Notes: generated by a model not told the origin, from the sequence alone. A stretch of DNA of 64,000 nucleotides from an uncultured Alphaproteobacteria bacterium (GCA_942491185.1 CALOAB010000004.1:327190-391189); one strand, 5' to 3'; shown: positions 27,710-40,280, counted from the first letter of the stretch. Numbers and translations are program-made.

Positions 27710-29143
27710 TCAAGCCAGCCGCAACGCAAAACGCCCGGCCGAAGCCGGGCGTCTCGTAATACCTAGTAGAGCTGGCGTCAGGCCGCTTTGCGGGCCGGAC
27801 GGCGGCGGCGCTGCTGGCGGCCCGGGCCCGTCCTGGTCACGAGCGCCCTGCCGCGGCTGTTGCGGCTGCTGGCGCTGTTGTTGACGGGGCTGCTGCCGGC
27901 TCGGCTGGCGCGGCTCCTGCCGCTCCGCCTCACCGCCCGGGCCGCGTCGGTCGATGATCTTCAGCGTTTGCCGGGTCAGCCGCTCGATGTCGCGCAGCGC
28001 CCGACGCTCGCTCGAATCGCAAAACGCGATGGCGATGCCCTCGGCACCGGCACGCGCCGTGCGGCCGATCCGGTGCACATAGGCTTCGGGCACGTCCGGC
28101 AGCTCGAAGTTCACGACATGGGTCACCGCGTCGACGTCGATGCCGCGCGCGGCGATGTCGGTCGCGACCAGCACACGCGAGCGGCCCGACTTGAACCCGC
28201 CGAGCGCCCGCTCGCGCTGCGCCTGGGACTTGTTGCCGTGGATCGCCACGGCCGGAATCCCGGCAGCCTCGAGATGGCGGGTGACCTTGTCCGCGCCATG
28301 CTTGGTGCGGGTGAAGACCAGCGTTCGCTCGTAGCCGGGCTGGCGCAAGAGCTCGACCAGAAGGCTGCGCTTGCCGGAAGCGTCGACCAGATAGACCGAT
28401 TGCTCGACCCGCTCGGCCGTTGTGGCGACCGGCGCCACGCTGACCTCGATCGGGTCGGTCAGCATGTCACGCGCCAGCGAGCCGATATCCTTGGGCATCG
28501 TGGCCGAGAAGAAGAGCGTCTGGCGCTGCCGCGGCAGCTTGGCCAGAATCCGCCGGATCGGCACGAGAAAGCCCAGATCCAGCATGTGGTCGGCCTCGTC
28601 GAGAACGACGATCTCGGTCCGGTCGAGGCGGAGCGTGCCGCCCTGCAGGTGGTCGAGCAGCCGGCCGGGCGTGGCCACCAGGACGTCGACGCCGCGCGAC
28701 AATGCCCGGACCTGCGGGTTGTGCTTGACGCCACCGACGATGACGGCGACCGACGGCCGCATGTTCCGGCCGTAGGTCTCGAAGCTCGCCGCGATCTGTG
28801 CCGCGAGCTCGCGGGTCGGCGCCAGCACCAGGGCGCGGGCCTGGCGGTGCTGCGTCGGCTGCGGGTTGGTGACGAACAGGCGATGCAGGATCGGCAGCGC
28901 GAAGGCCGCGGTCTTGCCGGTGCCGGTCTGGGCGATGCCGAGCAGGTCGTTGCCGGCCATCACTGGTGCTATCGCCTTGGTCTGAATGGGGGTAGGCGTG
29001 GTGTAGCCCTCGGTCGTGAGGGCACGAAGCAGGGTCTCGGCCAAGCCGAAATCAGCAAATTGTGTCAAGAGAGTGCTTTCAAGTACGACCGCGCGCCGCC
29101 ACCTCGGGCAGGCGTCCAAACGGCCATGATGAACGTGACGCAC
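27710..29143 (-). CDS. DEAD-box ATP-dependent RNA helicase (RhlE-like)
   Basis: Q-motif FADFGL...[40 protein letters not shown], and a basic Q/R/P-rich tail. A likelier start is the in-frame TTG at 29068 (MTQFADFGL). Confidence 0.9.
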   Translation of the reverse strand: MRHVHHGRLDACPRWRRAVVLESTLLTQFADFGLAETLLRALTTEGYTTPTPIQTKAIAPVMAGNDLLGIAQTGTGKTAAFALPILHRLFVTNPQPTQHRQARALVLAPTRELAAQIAASFETYGRNMRPSVAVIVGGVKHNPQVRALSRGVDVLVATPGRLLDHLQGGTLRLDRTEIVVLDEADHMLDLGFLVPIRRILAKLPRQRQTLFFSATMPKDIGSLARDMLTDPIEVSVAPVATTAERVEQSVYLVDASGKRSLLVELLRQPGYERTLVFTRTKHGADKVTRHLEAAGIPAVAIHGNKSQAQRERALGGFKSGRSRVLVATDIAARGIDVDAVTHVVNFELPDVPEAYVHRIGRTARAGAEGIAIAFCDSSERRALRDIERLTRQTLKIIDRRGPGGEAERQEPRQPSRQQPRQQQRQQPQQPRQGARDQDGPGPPAAPPPSGPQSGLTPALLGITRRPASAGRFALRLA

Positions 29144-29263
29144 CCCGCGTATCTGGGCGGTCGGGAGATGTGTATCAGGGGGCTCAACAGATAAGGCTTC
29201 CGACCAAAAAAAGGTCGACGCCCTTCACGCGGCTGGAGCCACAGGACCGGTATTCGGTGACGA

Positions 29264-29293
29264 CTTATGTGCAGATGAGTCGAGAAAAGTCAA
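29264..29293 (-). promoter_or_regulatory. candidate sigma70-type promoter for the helicase gene
   Basis: On the minus strand: TTGACT (29293-29288), 18 nt, CATAAG (29269-29264). This would give a leader of about 120 to 200 nt (to the 29143 or 29068 start) containing the CGACC-T7-GGTCG hairpin (29201-29217). Confidence 0.3.
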
Positions 29294-29356
29294 GGTTTTG
29301 CAACCGATGAGCAACGCGCGATTGCCGCAATGGCGGCTCCGATTGCAACGAACGCC

Positions 29357-29590
29357 TCAGTCGCGCGGCAGCAGGAAGATCGCGGTGCCCATGGCGAGGC
29401 TGCCGAAGGTGACGGCGAATCCGGCGGCGAGCAGGATCAGTGCCGTGAGCTCGAGCCCGTTGCCGAACAGCAGGTCGCCGAGCTGCGCCACGTTCGCCCG
29501 GATCAGGAAGGCGAGCAGCAGCCAGCCCGCCGCCATGCCCATGACACAGTTCTTGGCCAGATAGACGAGCAGCCGGCGATCATCGGGCAT
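29357..29590 (-). CDS. small hypothetical membrane protein
   Basis: 77 aa from ATG 29590 with two hydrophobic helices (GMAAGWLLLAFLI, LTALILLAAGFAVTFGSLAMGTAIFLL). No family recognised. Confidence 0.4.
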   Translation of the reverse strand: MPDDRRLLVYLAKNCVMGMAAGWLLLAFLIRANVAQLGDLLFGNGLELTALILLAAGFAVTFGSLAMGTAIFLLPRD

Positions 29591-29666
29591 CGAGCACCGC
29601 TCCGCGGGCGAGGGGGCCCGGCACGCAGCCGGGCAAGAGTCACATGGGACTGCGAGACACGCGCGA

Positions 29667-30119
29667 TCAATCGGCCTCGGCCGCCTCGTTGGCCACCGTC
29701 CCGGGATCCAGATCGAGCCGCATCGGCGAAGCGACACTGCCGTCCGGACCGCTGTCATCGCCGTCGATCGCGAACCCCAGCCGCGCGTAGATCGGCCGCG
29801 CATAGGCCGAGGCGTTGACGGTCAAGCGGTGCACCGGTGGGTCGAGCGCCACGAGATGCGCCTGAACGGCACCGAGCAGCCGCCGTGCGATACCCTGGCC
29901 CTGCCAATCGACATGGGTGAAGAGCAGGGTCAAATGCCGGGTCCCGGCCGGCCGGCCGGCCGGTCCACGCAGCTCGGCATAGCCGACGGTGACGGGCTCA
30001 CGTCCGCCCGTCTCCGCGCACCACGCCACCGCCCCGTCGCCGAGGCGCTCGCGCAGCGCCCGCTCGGTCACATACATGCGAAACGCCACCCGTCCGGCCG
30101 ACCCGAGCGTCGGGGCCAC
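29667..30119 (-). CDS. GNAT family N-acetyltransferase (5' end problematic)
   Basis: WQGQGIARRLLGAVQAHL...ARPIYARLGF is a GNAT core. The frame stays open upstream of GTG 30119 and encodes a typical GNAT beta-1 strand (ILLRRATSADARRVARLIEPGFARF). No ATG, GTG or TTG occurs before the upstream stop at 30225-30227. Confidence 0.7.
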   Translation of the reverse strand: MAPTLGSAGRVAFRMYVTERALRERLGDGAVAWCAETGGREPVTVGYAELRGPAGRPAGTRHLTLLFTHVDWQGQGIARRLLGAVQAHLVALDPPVHRLTVNASAYARPIYARLGFAIDGDDSGPDGSVASPMRLDLDPGTVANEAAEAD

Positions 30120-30203
30120 GAAGCGCGCGAAGCCGGGCTCGATCAGCCGGGCGACACGACGCGCATCGGCACTGGTCGCCCGCCTGAGCAGGATCGACGG
30201 CGC

Positions 30204-30275
30204 GGTGTCAGGCGCAGGGCGGTGTCAGACACCTTTGATTTCGACAGTAGTTTCAGACACCTGCGATCAGACACC
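30204..30275. promoter_or_regulatory. cluster of GGTGTCA/TCAGACACC repeats
   Basis: GGTGTCA at 30204-30210, palindrome GGTGTCaGACACC at 30221-30233, and TCAGACACC at 30253-30261 and 30267-30275. The cluster lies between the DUF1330 stop and the GNAT 5' end. Confidence 0.35.
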
Positions 30276-30558
30276 GTCGACAATGGTGATCTCGACGACG
30301 CCCCCACCGTCGCGGCGGAATTGGGCGGCCGCCTGGTACTCGGCCGAGTGGAAGCAGCCGCGCGCCGCCTCCAGGCTCGGAAACGCGATCACCACGAAGC
30401 GGCTGAACGCCTCTGGCCCCTCGAGCACCTCGTGCTGCCCGCCGCGGGCCAGCACGCGACCGCCATGGCGCTCCAGAATGCCGGGCACCTGGCTCGCATA
30501 ACGCGCATATTGCTCGGCATCATCGACGCGCGCTCGCGCCAGCCAATAGGCCGCCATC
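30267..30558 (-). CDS. DUF1330 domain-containing protein
   Basis: 96 aa from ATG 30558 (GGAGAG upstream). MAAYWLARARVDDAEQYARYA...HGGRVLARGG...EGPE...VVIAFPSLEAARGCFHSAEYQ. Confidence 0.75.
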
Positions 30559-30687
30559 AGGACTCTCCTCGCTTGCCGACGCCATTGGGAGGAAAAATTC
30601 GGCTGTCCTCTTGCCGGCTTGGTGCTTATTTTCCACGGACATGCGGCGCATGACCAGCCGCGAGTGACACATGTTGGGGAGGAAGCG

Positions 30688-31032
30688 ATGCGGCGAGCTT
30701 TGACGATCGGGACATTGGCACTGGCGGCGGCCTGCGTGGCGGCACCGGCGGCGGCCATCGAGACCACCGCCGATCTGCGTGATGCCTGCGCCGCCGATGA
30801 CGTGGCCACGCGCAATCTCTGCTTCGGCTACATCAAGGGCGCCGGCCAGCTCTATATCGAGCTCATCCGCGCCAATGTGATCCCCCAGATCGCCTGCGCC
30901 GACCCGGTGCCGACCATGGAGGTCATCCGCGTGTCCGTTGTCGAGTGGATCGATGCCAATCCCGAGCATGCCGACGATCGCGCCATCGACGGCCTGATGC
31001 AGGCGTCGGCAGAGATCTGGCCATGCGAATGA
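30688..31032 (+). CDS. Rap1a/Tai4-like periplasmic immunity-family protein
   Basis: 114 aa, GGGGAGGAAG upstream, signal peptide. The pattern L..AC....(8)..LCFGYIKG...C.P.PT.....V.V.EWI.ANPEH....A..GL..A...IWPC matches my recollection of the Rap1a/Tai family. Confidence 0.55.
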   Translation: MRRALTIGTLALAAACVAAPAAAIETTADLRDACAADDVATRNLCFGYIKGAGQLYIELIRANVIPQIACADPVPTMEVIRVSVVEWIDANPEHADDRAIDGLMQASAEIWPCE

Positions 31033-31073
31033 CCATTGGCCACCAGCCAGCCAGACGAATGAGAGGACCCGAC

Positions 31074-31310
31074 ATGCCAGCCATTGCCCGAACCACCAAG
31101 CTGCTCACCGTCATCGTGCTCGCCGGCACGCTCACGGCCTGCGCCGTCGACCGGCAGACCGGCGAGCGGACCGGCACCGCTGCCGCCGTCGGCGCCGCCT
31201 CGGGCGCCGCAGTCGGCCTGCTCACCGGCGATTTCCTGGCGAGCACGCTGACCGGTGCTGCCGCCGGCGCCGCGGGCGGCTTCGTCTACGACCAGATCGA
31301 GAAGCGCTAG
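31074..31310 (+). CDS. small glycine-zipper lipoprotein
   Basis: 78 aa, GAGAGGA upstream, lipobox LTAC. Gly/Ala zipper AAAVGAASGAAVGLLTGDFLASTLTGAAAGAAGGFV. Confidence 0.6.
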   Translation: MPAIARTTKLLTVIVLAGTLTACAVDRQTGERTGTAAAVGAASGAAVGLLTGDFLASTLTGAAAGAAGGFVYDQIEKR

Positions 31311-31320
31311 CAGGACCGCC

Positions 31321-31349
31321 GACGGCCGGACCGCAGAGGTCCGGCCGTC
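31321..31349. terminator. bidirectional hairpin between the convergent lipoprotein gene and acnA
   Basis: Perfect 12-bp stem GACGGCCGGACC (31321-31332) / GGTCCGGCCGTC (31338-31349) with a 5-nt loop. Confidence 0.5.
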
Positions 31350-31356
31350 TCGTGCC

Positions 31357-34086
<2,730 letters not shown>

Positions 34087-34170
34087 AACCCTGCCGCTTG
34101 GCGTTGGCGGCCTTATAGGCGTGCGGCTCGTCGAGCAAAAGGGCCGTGGTGTGTCGAGGACCGCTCGGCC

Positions 34171-35153
34171 TCAGCCGCCGACCACGTTGGGGATCGGCCG
34201 GCCGGCGAAGCAGGCATCGAGATTGTCGAGACAGCGAAAGCCCATGGCGTTCCGCGTCTCCAGGGTGGCACTGCCGATATGCGGCAAGAAAAAGGCATTG
34301 GGCAGATCGAGATAGCGCCGGTCGAAGTCCGGCTCGTTCTTGAAGACGTCGAGCCCGGCAGCGAACAACCGGCCGCTCTCGAGCGCTGCGATCAAGGCGT
34401 CGTCGTCGACCAGCGTGCCGCGGGCGGTGTTGACCAGGACAGCGCCCTCCGGCAGCAGCCGCAACCGCTCTTCATTGATCATGTTGGCGTTCTCGGCCGT
34501 CGCCGGACAGTTGAGCGACAGAAAGTGTGCTGCGGGCAACAGGGTTTCCACTGTCTCATGGTATGTGGCTCCGGCTTCCTCCTCGGCGACGAGACGGGAA
34601 CGATTATGGTAATGAATCGTCAACCCAAAAGCACGGGCGCGGGTCGCGACGGCGCGACCGATGCGGCCCATGCCGACAATGCCGAGGACGCGCCCTTGCA
34701 AGCCACGGCCGAGCAACTCCGTCGGCGTCCAGCGCGCCCAGTCGCCGCGCCGCATCAGCGACTGGCTCTCGCCACGCGCCGGCTCGCCGCCAGGAGGCAC
34801 AGCATGGCGATGTCCGCCGTGGCCTCGGTGAGCACGTCGGGCGTGTTGGTGACGATGATCCCGGCCCGGCGCGCCGCCGCCACATCGATATGGTCGTGAC
34901 CGACCGAGAAGGTGGCCATGATACGGATCGAGGCCGGCAGGGCTTCGAGCATCGCCGCCGTCCAGCGCTCGGTCGGGCAGGTGAGGATTCCATCAGCACC
35001 GTTGGCACCGTCGACCAGAGCGTCGCCCTCGAGCACCGCATCGGTGGCATTCCAGCGCACCTCGTAGTCCCGCTCCAGCCGCGCCTCGACCGCCTCCGGC
35101 AAGCGTCGGGTGACAAAAACCACAGGCTTCGTGGACAAGGCGCTGACTCCCAT
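34171..35153 (-). pseudogene. D-isomer-specific 2-hydroxyacid dehydrogenase (glyoxylate/hydroxypyruvate reductase-like), frameshifted
   Basis: The N-terminal ORF 34755-35153 (...TEATADIAMLCLLAASRR) and the C-terminal ORF 34171-34800 (GESQSLMRRGDW...VLGIVGMGRIGRAV...PHIGSAT) are consecutive parts of one enzyme in different frames. They join at about 34773. Confidence 0.8.
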
Positions 35154-35236
35154 CGCTTGGCTGCTCTATCTAGCAAGAATGCAAGTCACGGACCGGCCAC
35201 GCTTGTCGATCCGCGGCAAAAAGATTGGAAACGCCG

Positions 35237-36061
35237 ATGACCAACAATCGCAGCATAAGCGTGCTCGCCCTGGCGCTCGGCGCCGTGGTCGCCCAGCCGG
35301 TGGTTGCGGCGCAACCTGCTGCCGCCGCCGTCGAGCTGCTCTCGCATCGCGCTGCCTACCGGTTGAGCCTGGCCGAGGGCTCGAGCGCAACAGGCGGTGT
35401 CGCGGCGGTGCGCGGCGGGCTGGTCATCGAATGGCGCGATTCCTGCGCCGGCGCCATCAGCAATCAGCGGCTCGGCTTCATCGCCAGCCTCGAGGAGGGT
35501 GGCGACTCCACCTACGATGTCCGCTTCTCGAGCTGGGAATCGCCGGACAACAAGCAGCTGCGCTTCACCGTCCGCTCGTTCGACGACGGCTATCTCTTCG
35601 AGGAGTTCCGCGGTGAGGCCTCGCTGGACGATGCCGGCGCCGGGTTGGCGGCCTTCTCCGAGCCGCCGGGCGAGGAGCTGGCGCTGCCGCGCGGCACGCT
35701 CTTCCCGTCGGAGCACCTGCGCCAGCTGATCATCGGTGCCGAGCGGGGCGAAGTGGTGATCAGCCACGAGGTCTTCGACGGCTCCGGCCCGGAGGGACTG
35801 AGCCAGGTCACGGCGGTGATCGGCAAGAGCAGGCCGGCGCCGGTGGATGGCGACGAGAGCGGCAAGCTGCGCTGGCCGGTCACGCTCGCCTATTACGAAG
35901 CCCATGGGGCCGACGACATGCCGGTCTTCGAGATCGCCTTCCAGCTCAGCGATCGCGGCGTGATGCACGATCTGGTGCTCGACTATGGCGACTTCACCCT
36001 CGAGGGCGAGCTCCAGCAGCTCGACACGTTCGCGGCGCCGGAGTGCCAGACGGACCGCTAG
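35237..36061 (+). CDS. DUF1849 / EipB-like cell-envelope integrity protein
   Basis: Signal peptide, then LLSHRAAYRLSL...GGLVIEWRDSCAG...RF.V.SF.DG...TLFPSEHL...WPVTLAYY is typical of DUF1849. Confidence 0.75.
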   Translation: MTNNRSISVLALALGAVVAQPVVAAQPAAAAVELLSHRAAYRLSLAEGSSATGGVAAVRGGLVIEWRDSCAGAISNQRLGFIASLEEGGDSTYDVRFSSWESPDNKQLRFTVRSFDDGYLFEEFRGEASLDDAGAGLAAFSEPPGEELALPRGTLFPSEHLRQLIIGAERGEVVISHEVFDGSGPEGLSQVTAVIGKSRPAPVDGDESGKLRWPVTLAYYEAHGADDMPVFEIAFQLSDRGVMHDLVLDYGDFTLEGELQQLDTFAAPECQTDR

Positions 36062-36984
36062 GGCGTCGCGGACGCCCGCCCCAGATCACGACCGAGCCAA
36101 GCCGCCCCACGCACGCCCGAGCTGTCGCCGAAGACCGGCGGCAAGAGCCGCGTGTCGACCCGGTCCGAGAAGACGTAGTCCAGCAGCTTTGGCGGCACGG
36201 CGGCGTAGAGCCGCTGGATATTCGAGACCCCGCCGCCGAGCACGATGACCTCCGGGTCGATGATGTTGATGACATGCGCCAGGCCGCGCGCCAGCCGGTC
36301 GGCGTGCCGGTCGAGGGTGGCCGTGGCCTCTGCATCACCAGCATCGGCGGCGGCGACCACCTCGGGTCCGCTCAGCTTGGTGCCCGTCACCCGCGCGTGA
36401 TCGGCGGCCATGCCGACACCCGACAGCCAGGTCTCGATGCAGCCATGCAGGCCGCAATAGCAGGCCGGTCCCGGCCGCTCGTCGTCCCTGGGCCAGGGCA
36501 GCGGGTTGTGGCCCCATTCGCCGGAGATGGCGTTGCCGCCTTTGAGCACCCGGCCGCCGACCACGATGCCGCCGCCGACCCCGGTGCCGAGGATGACCGT
36601 GAAGACGATGTCGGCGCCCGCCCCGGCACCGTCGGTGGCCTCGGACAGCGCCAGGCAGTTGGCGTCATTGGCAAAGGCCACCTGCCGGCCGAGCCGGGCC
36701 ATGAAGTCGCGATCCAGCGGCCGGTCGTTCAACCAGACCGAGTTGGCGTTCTTGATCAGCCCGGTGGCGGGCGAGATGGCACCCGGATGGCCGATGCCGA
36801 CGGTGGTCTCAGTGCCGAGCTCGGCCTCGACGGCCCGGACCATCGATGCCATCGCCTCGAGCGTCGCGTCGTAGTCGCCGCGCGGCGTCGGCTGACGGCG
36901 ACGAACGACCTCCTTGCCCGCCTCGTCGAGCGCTACGATCTCGATCTTGGTGCCGCCGAGATCGATCCCGATCGCCACTGTCAT
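36058..36984 (-). CDS. ROK family sugar kinase (NagK/Mak-like)
   Basis: About 308 aa from ATG 36984. IGIDLGGTKIE, NDANCLALSEA, ILGTGVGGG, GEWGHNPLP, and the CYCGLHGCIETWLSG zinc motif. Confidence 0.85.
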   Translation of the reverse strand: MTVAIGIDLGGTKIEIVALDEAGKEVVRRRQPTPRGDYDATLEAMASMVRAVEAELGTETTVGIGHPGAISPATGLIKNANSVWLNDRPLDRDFMARLGRQVAFANDANCLALSEATDGAGAGADIVFTVILGTGVGGGIVVGGRVLKGGNAISGEWGHNPLPWPRDDERPGPACYCGLHGCIETWLSGVGMAADHARVTGTKLSGPEVVAAADAGDAEATATLDRHADRLARGLAHVINIIDPEVIVLGGGVSNIQRLYAAVPPKLLDYVFSDRVDTRLLPPVFGDSSGVRGAAWLGRDLGRASATP

Positions 36985-37094
36985 CCCCGCCTCCCGTCTT
37001 CTTCCTCGCCGCACGCTCGTTCTTCCGGAAACACCTCGTAAACGCACCAGCCAAGCTTTAGAAGGCCAGAGCATAAGCGAACGTGCGAGGATAC

Positions 37095-38150
37095 ATGGTC
37101 AAGCTGGTGCAGATCGGCCTCGGTGGCTGGGGTCGGAATTGGGCCGAGGAGGTCCTGCCGACGGTGCCCGGCATCGAGATGGTCGGCTTCGTCGACGCCG
37201 ATCCGGCGATGCGCAAGCTCGCGGCCACCAAGCTGAAGCTGAAGGACGCCCAGCTCTTCGCCTCGCTCGACGCGGCGGTGACCGCGGCACAGGCCCAGGC
37301 GGCCCTGGTCGTCGTGCCGCTCGCGGCGCACGCGACGGTGACCCGCGACGTGCTGGCGCACGGCCTGCACGCGCTGGTCGAGAAGCCGTTCACCGAGACG
37401 CTCGGCGAAGCCAAGGCATTGGTCGAGCAGGCCCATGCCGCCGGGCTGAAGCTCATGGTCAGCCAGAACTACCGCCATTTCCCGACACCGCTGACCTTTC
37501 GCCGCCTGGTCACCGAGGGCGAGCTCGGCCATGTGGCCTCGATCGCCGTCGATTTCTGGAAGATGTTCGACGAGCACTACCGCTACTTCTTCCTCGCCGA
37601 GCCGCTGCTCTCCGACATGGCGATCCACCATTTCGACCTGATGCGCTTCATCCTCGACGACGAGCCGGTGGCCGTGAGCACGATGAGCTGGAGCGAGCCC
37701 GAGACGCCTTACGAGGGCCGACCGGCCGCCGCAGCGCTGATCCGCTTCGCCAAGGGCGTGGTGGTCAGCTATCGCGGCACCTGGATCAGCCGCGGCCCGG
37801 ACACGGTCTGGGGCGCCGACTGGCGGATCGACGGCAGCAAGGCCGCAGCGCTCGGCACGTTTCGCGGCAATGCCGGCGACCGCCGCGGCGAGGACCGGGT
37901 GACGCTCTACAGCACCGCTGAGAGCTCGACGCCCGCCACCCTGGACGCCGCCCCGTTCACCGACCGCGCCGGCGCCTTGGCCGGGTTTCGCGACTGGGTC
38001 CAAACGGACCGGGCGAAGCCGGGGCTGAGCACGGCCGAGGACAACCTCTCGAGCCTGGCGCTGATGCACGCCGCCATCCTGTCGGCGGCCGAGGGCGGCC
38101 GGCTCGTCAGCATCGCCGAGATCATGGCCAGCCGGGAGGGCGCCGCATGA
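37095..38150 (+). CDS. Gfo/Idh/MocA family oxidoreductase
   Basis: [16 protein letters not shown] Rossmann N-terminus and an EKPF motif. GAGGA upstream of ATG 37095. Confidence 0.85.
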   Translation: MVKLVQIGLGGWGRNWAEEVLPTVPGIEMVGFVDADPAMRKLAATKLKLKDAQLFASLDAAVTAAQAQAALVVVPLAAHATVTRDVLAHGLHALVEKPFTETLGEAKALVEQAHAAGLKLMVSQNYRHFPTPLTFRRLVTEGELGHVASIAVDFWKMFDEHYRYFFLAEPLLSDMAIHHFDLMRFILDDEPVAVSTMSWSEPETPYEGRPAAAALIRFAKGVVVSYRGTWISRGPDTVWGADWRIDGSKAAALGTFRGNAGDRRGEDRVTLYSTAESSTPATLDAAPFTDRAGALAGFRDWVQTDRAKPGLSTAEDNLSSLALMHAAILSAAEGGRLVSIAEIMASREGAA

Positions 38151-38878
38151 CCACCAATCCGCGCGTCACCGTCTGGAACGAGTATCGCCACGAGCACGCC
38201 AACCCGGCCGTTGCCGAGGTCTATCCGCGCGGCATCCACGAGGCGATCGCAGCACCCTTGCGGGCCGTCGGCCTCGAGGTCGCAACGGCCACCCTCGACG
38301 AGCCGGGGCATGGGCTCTCGAGCGCCCGCCTCGCGCGCACCGACGTGCTCGTTTGGTGGGGCCACAAGGCGCATGACGAGGTCGCCGACGAGGTGGTCTC
38401 GGCCGTCAAGGAGCGGGTCCTGGCCGGCATGGGCCTCGTGGCCCTGCACAGCGCCCATTTCTCGAAGATCTTCAAGTCGCTGATGGGCACCGGCTGCGAT
38501 CTCAAGTGGCGCGAGGCCGGCGAGCGTGAGCGGCTCTGGGTGGTCGACCCCAGCCATCCCATCGTCGCCGGCCTGCCTGAGCAGATCGTCATCGAGCACG
38601 AGGAGATGTACGGCGAGCACTTCGACATCCCGCCACCGGACGAGCTCTTCCTCATGAGCTGGTTCCAGGGCGGCGAGGTCTTCCGCTCGGGCTGCACCTG
38701 GCGGCGTGGCCAGGGCCGGATCGCCTATCTCAGGCCCGGCCACGAGACCTACCCCACCTACCACAACGCCCAGATCCAGATGCTCATCTTGAACGCCATC
38801 CGCTGGGCAGCGCCGGTCGATGCGGCGACACCGAGCCGTGGCAGTCACTCTCCGCTGGAGCCGCTCGGCCCAAGCTAA
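38147..38878 (+). CDS. ThuA domain-containing protein
   Basis: 243 aa, ATGA overlap with the oxidoreductase gene. [10 protein letters not shown]...[10 protein letters not shown]...[10 protein letters not shown]... is typical of ThuA. Confidence 0.8.
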   Translation: MTTNPRVTVWNEYRHEHANPAVAEVYPRGIHEAIAAPLRAVGLEVATATLDEPGHGLSSARLARTDVLVWWGHKAHDEVADEVVSAVKERVLAGMGLVALHSAHFSKIFKSLMGTGCDLKWREAGERERLWVVDPSHPIVAGLPEQIVIEHEEMYGEHFDIPPPDELFLMSWFQGGEVFRSGCTWRRGQGRIAYLRPGHETYPTYHNAQIQMLILNAIRWAAPVDAATPSRGSHSPLEPLGPS

Positions 38879-38941
38879 ACGCCCGGTTGCGCACGGCCGC
38901 ACCAAACTGCCCGAAACGGCATGATAACCATCGAGCCTGGG

Positions 38942-38969
38942 TTGCCGGCATCGCCGGCTCATCTATAAT
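38942..38969 (+). promoter_or_regulatory. candidate sigma70-type promoter upstream of the acyltransferase gene
   Basis: TTGCCG (38942-38947), 16 nt, TATAAT (38964-38969), in a locally AT-richer intergenic stretch. Confidence 0.35.
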
Positions 38970-39127
38970 TCTGATTGATCCTGACCGGGCCGCAGCAGGT
39001 CAGCCTGCCGGCCCTCCTGGTCATATTGATGGGTCACGTTCGTCGAGAGAATAGATGGCTCTTTCGACCACGTTCGCTCGGCCCGCGTCGAGCAAGCGCG
39101 GTCCTGCGCCAGCAGTGAAAGGCGACC

Positions 39128-40258
39128 ATGCGGGCGCAGCACCGACAACCGGCCAGCTCGCGTATCGCAGCACTCGACGCCGTTCGGGGCATCGCGGCCT
39201 TCCTCGTCCTGCTCAGCCACTGCTACGTCACACTGCCGGATGCGCTGCAGGCGTCGCTGGCGCTCGAGAACACGCCGCTCAGCCTGTTCGTGCTGGGTCG
39301 TCCGGCGGTCATCTTGTTCTTCGTCTTGAGCGGGTTCGTGCTCAGCCTCTCCTTGATGTCGCCGCGAGCGCCGAGCTACCCGGCTTTCGTCGTCCGCCGC
39401 ATCTGCCGCATCTATCTGCCGTTTGCGATAGCGATCCTGGTCGCCGCCGCCGCAAGGATGCTGATCCAGCCGACGCCCATCGACGCGCTCAGCACCTGGT
39501 TCAACAGCGATTGGCGCACCCCGGTCGACCTGTCGCTGCTGCTGGGCCATCTGGCGATGCTCGGCACCAGCATCGACATGTCGCTCAACAACCCGATCTG
39601 GAGCCTGGTCATCGAGATGCGCATCTCGCTGGTCTTCCCGCTCCTCCTGCTCCTGGTCGGGCGCTCGCTCAAGGTCACCGCCGTGGCACTGCTCTTCTGC
39701 CTCGTGATCAGCGAGCTGATCGCCCGCTCGCCCTTGCTGCCGCGGCAGGCCTATAGCGGCGAGACCCTGGTCCAGGGCACCCTCTTCACCGTCTACTTCG
39801 TCGCCTACTTCGTGCTGGGCATCCTGCTCGCCACCCAGCGCCAGCGGATCACCCTGATCGTCCAGGCGCTGCACCCATGGCTGCGCCGGCTGCTCTGGCT
39901 GGCCGCCATCGCCGGGCTCGGGGTCAGCCGCGACATCGTCGACGGCGCCAGCGCCGCCTTGATCATCGCGCTCACCATCGGCTCGCCCGGCATCCAGGCA
40001 TGGCTCTGCACGCCTGTGCTGCAATGGCTGGGGCGCATCTCCTACAGCCTCTATTTGACCCACGTCATCGTGCTGCTCGCCACCATCCACCTGCTCTACG
40101 GCACGTTGCCGCTCACGGTGCTGCTGCCCATGGTGATGGTGCTGGCCCTCGTCGTGGCGCACGTCTTCAACATCCTGGTCGAGCAGCCGGCGATCGCGCT
40201 CGGCCGACGGCTCACCCGACCGCAAGGCGCCACGGCGAGCGCCAGCGCCAGCGCTTAG
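39128..40258 (+). CDS. acyltransferase family 3 (membrane O-acyltransferase)
   Basis: 376 aa. RIAALDAVRGIAAFLVLLSHCY start and about 10 TM helices. Confidence 0.8.
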   Translation: MRAQHRQPASSRIAALDAVRGIAAFLVLLSHCYVTLPDALQASLALENTPLSLFVLGRPAVILFFVLSGFVLSLSLMSPRAPSYPAFVVRRICRIYLPFAIAILVAAAARMLIQPTPIDALSTWFNSDWRTPVDLSLLLGHLAMLGTSIDMSLNNPIWSLVIEMRISLVFPLLLLLVGRSLKVTAVALLFCLVISELIARSPLLPRQAYSGETLVQGTLFTVYFVAYFVLGILLATQRQRITLIVQALHPWLRRLLWLAAIAGLGVSRDIVDGASAALIIALTIGSPGIQAWLCTPVLQWLGRISYSLYLTHVIVLLATIHLLYGTLPLTVLLPMVMVLALVVAHVFNILVEQPAIALGRRLTRPQGATASASASA

Positions 40259-40280
40259 CGATCAACCGCCGCCAGCCCCC

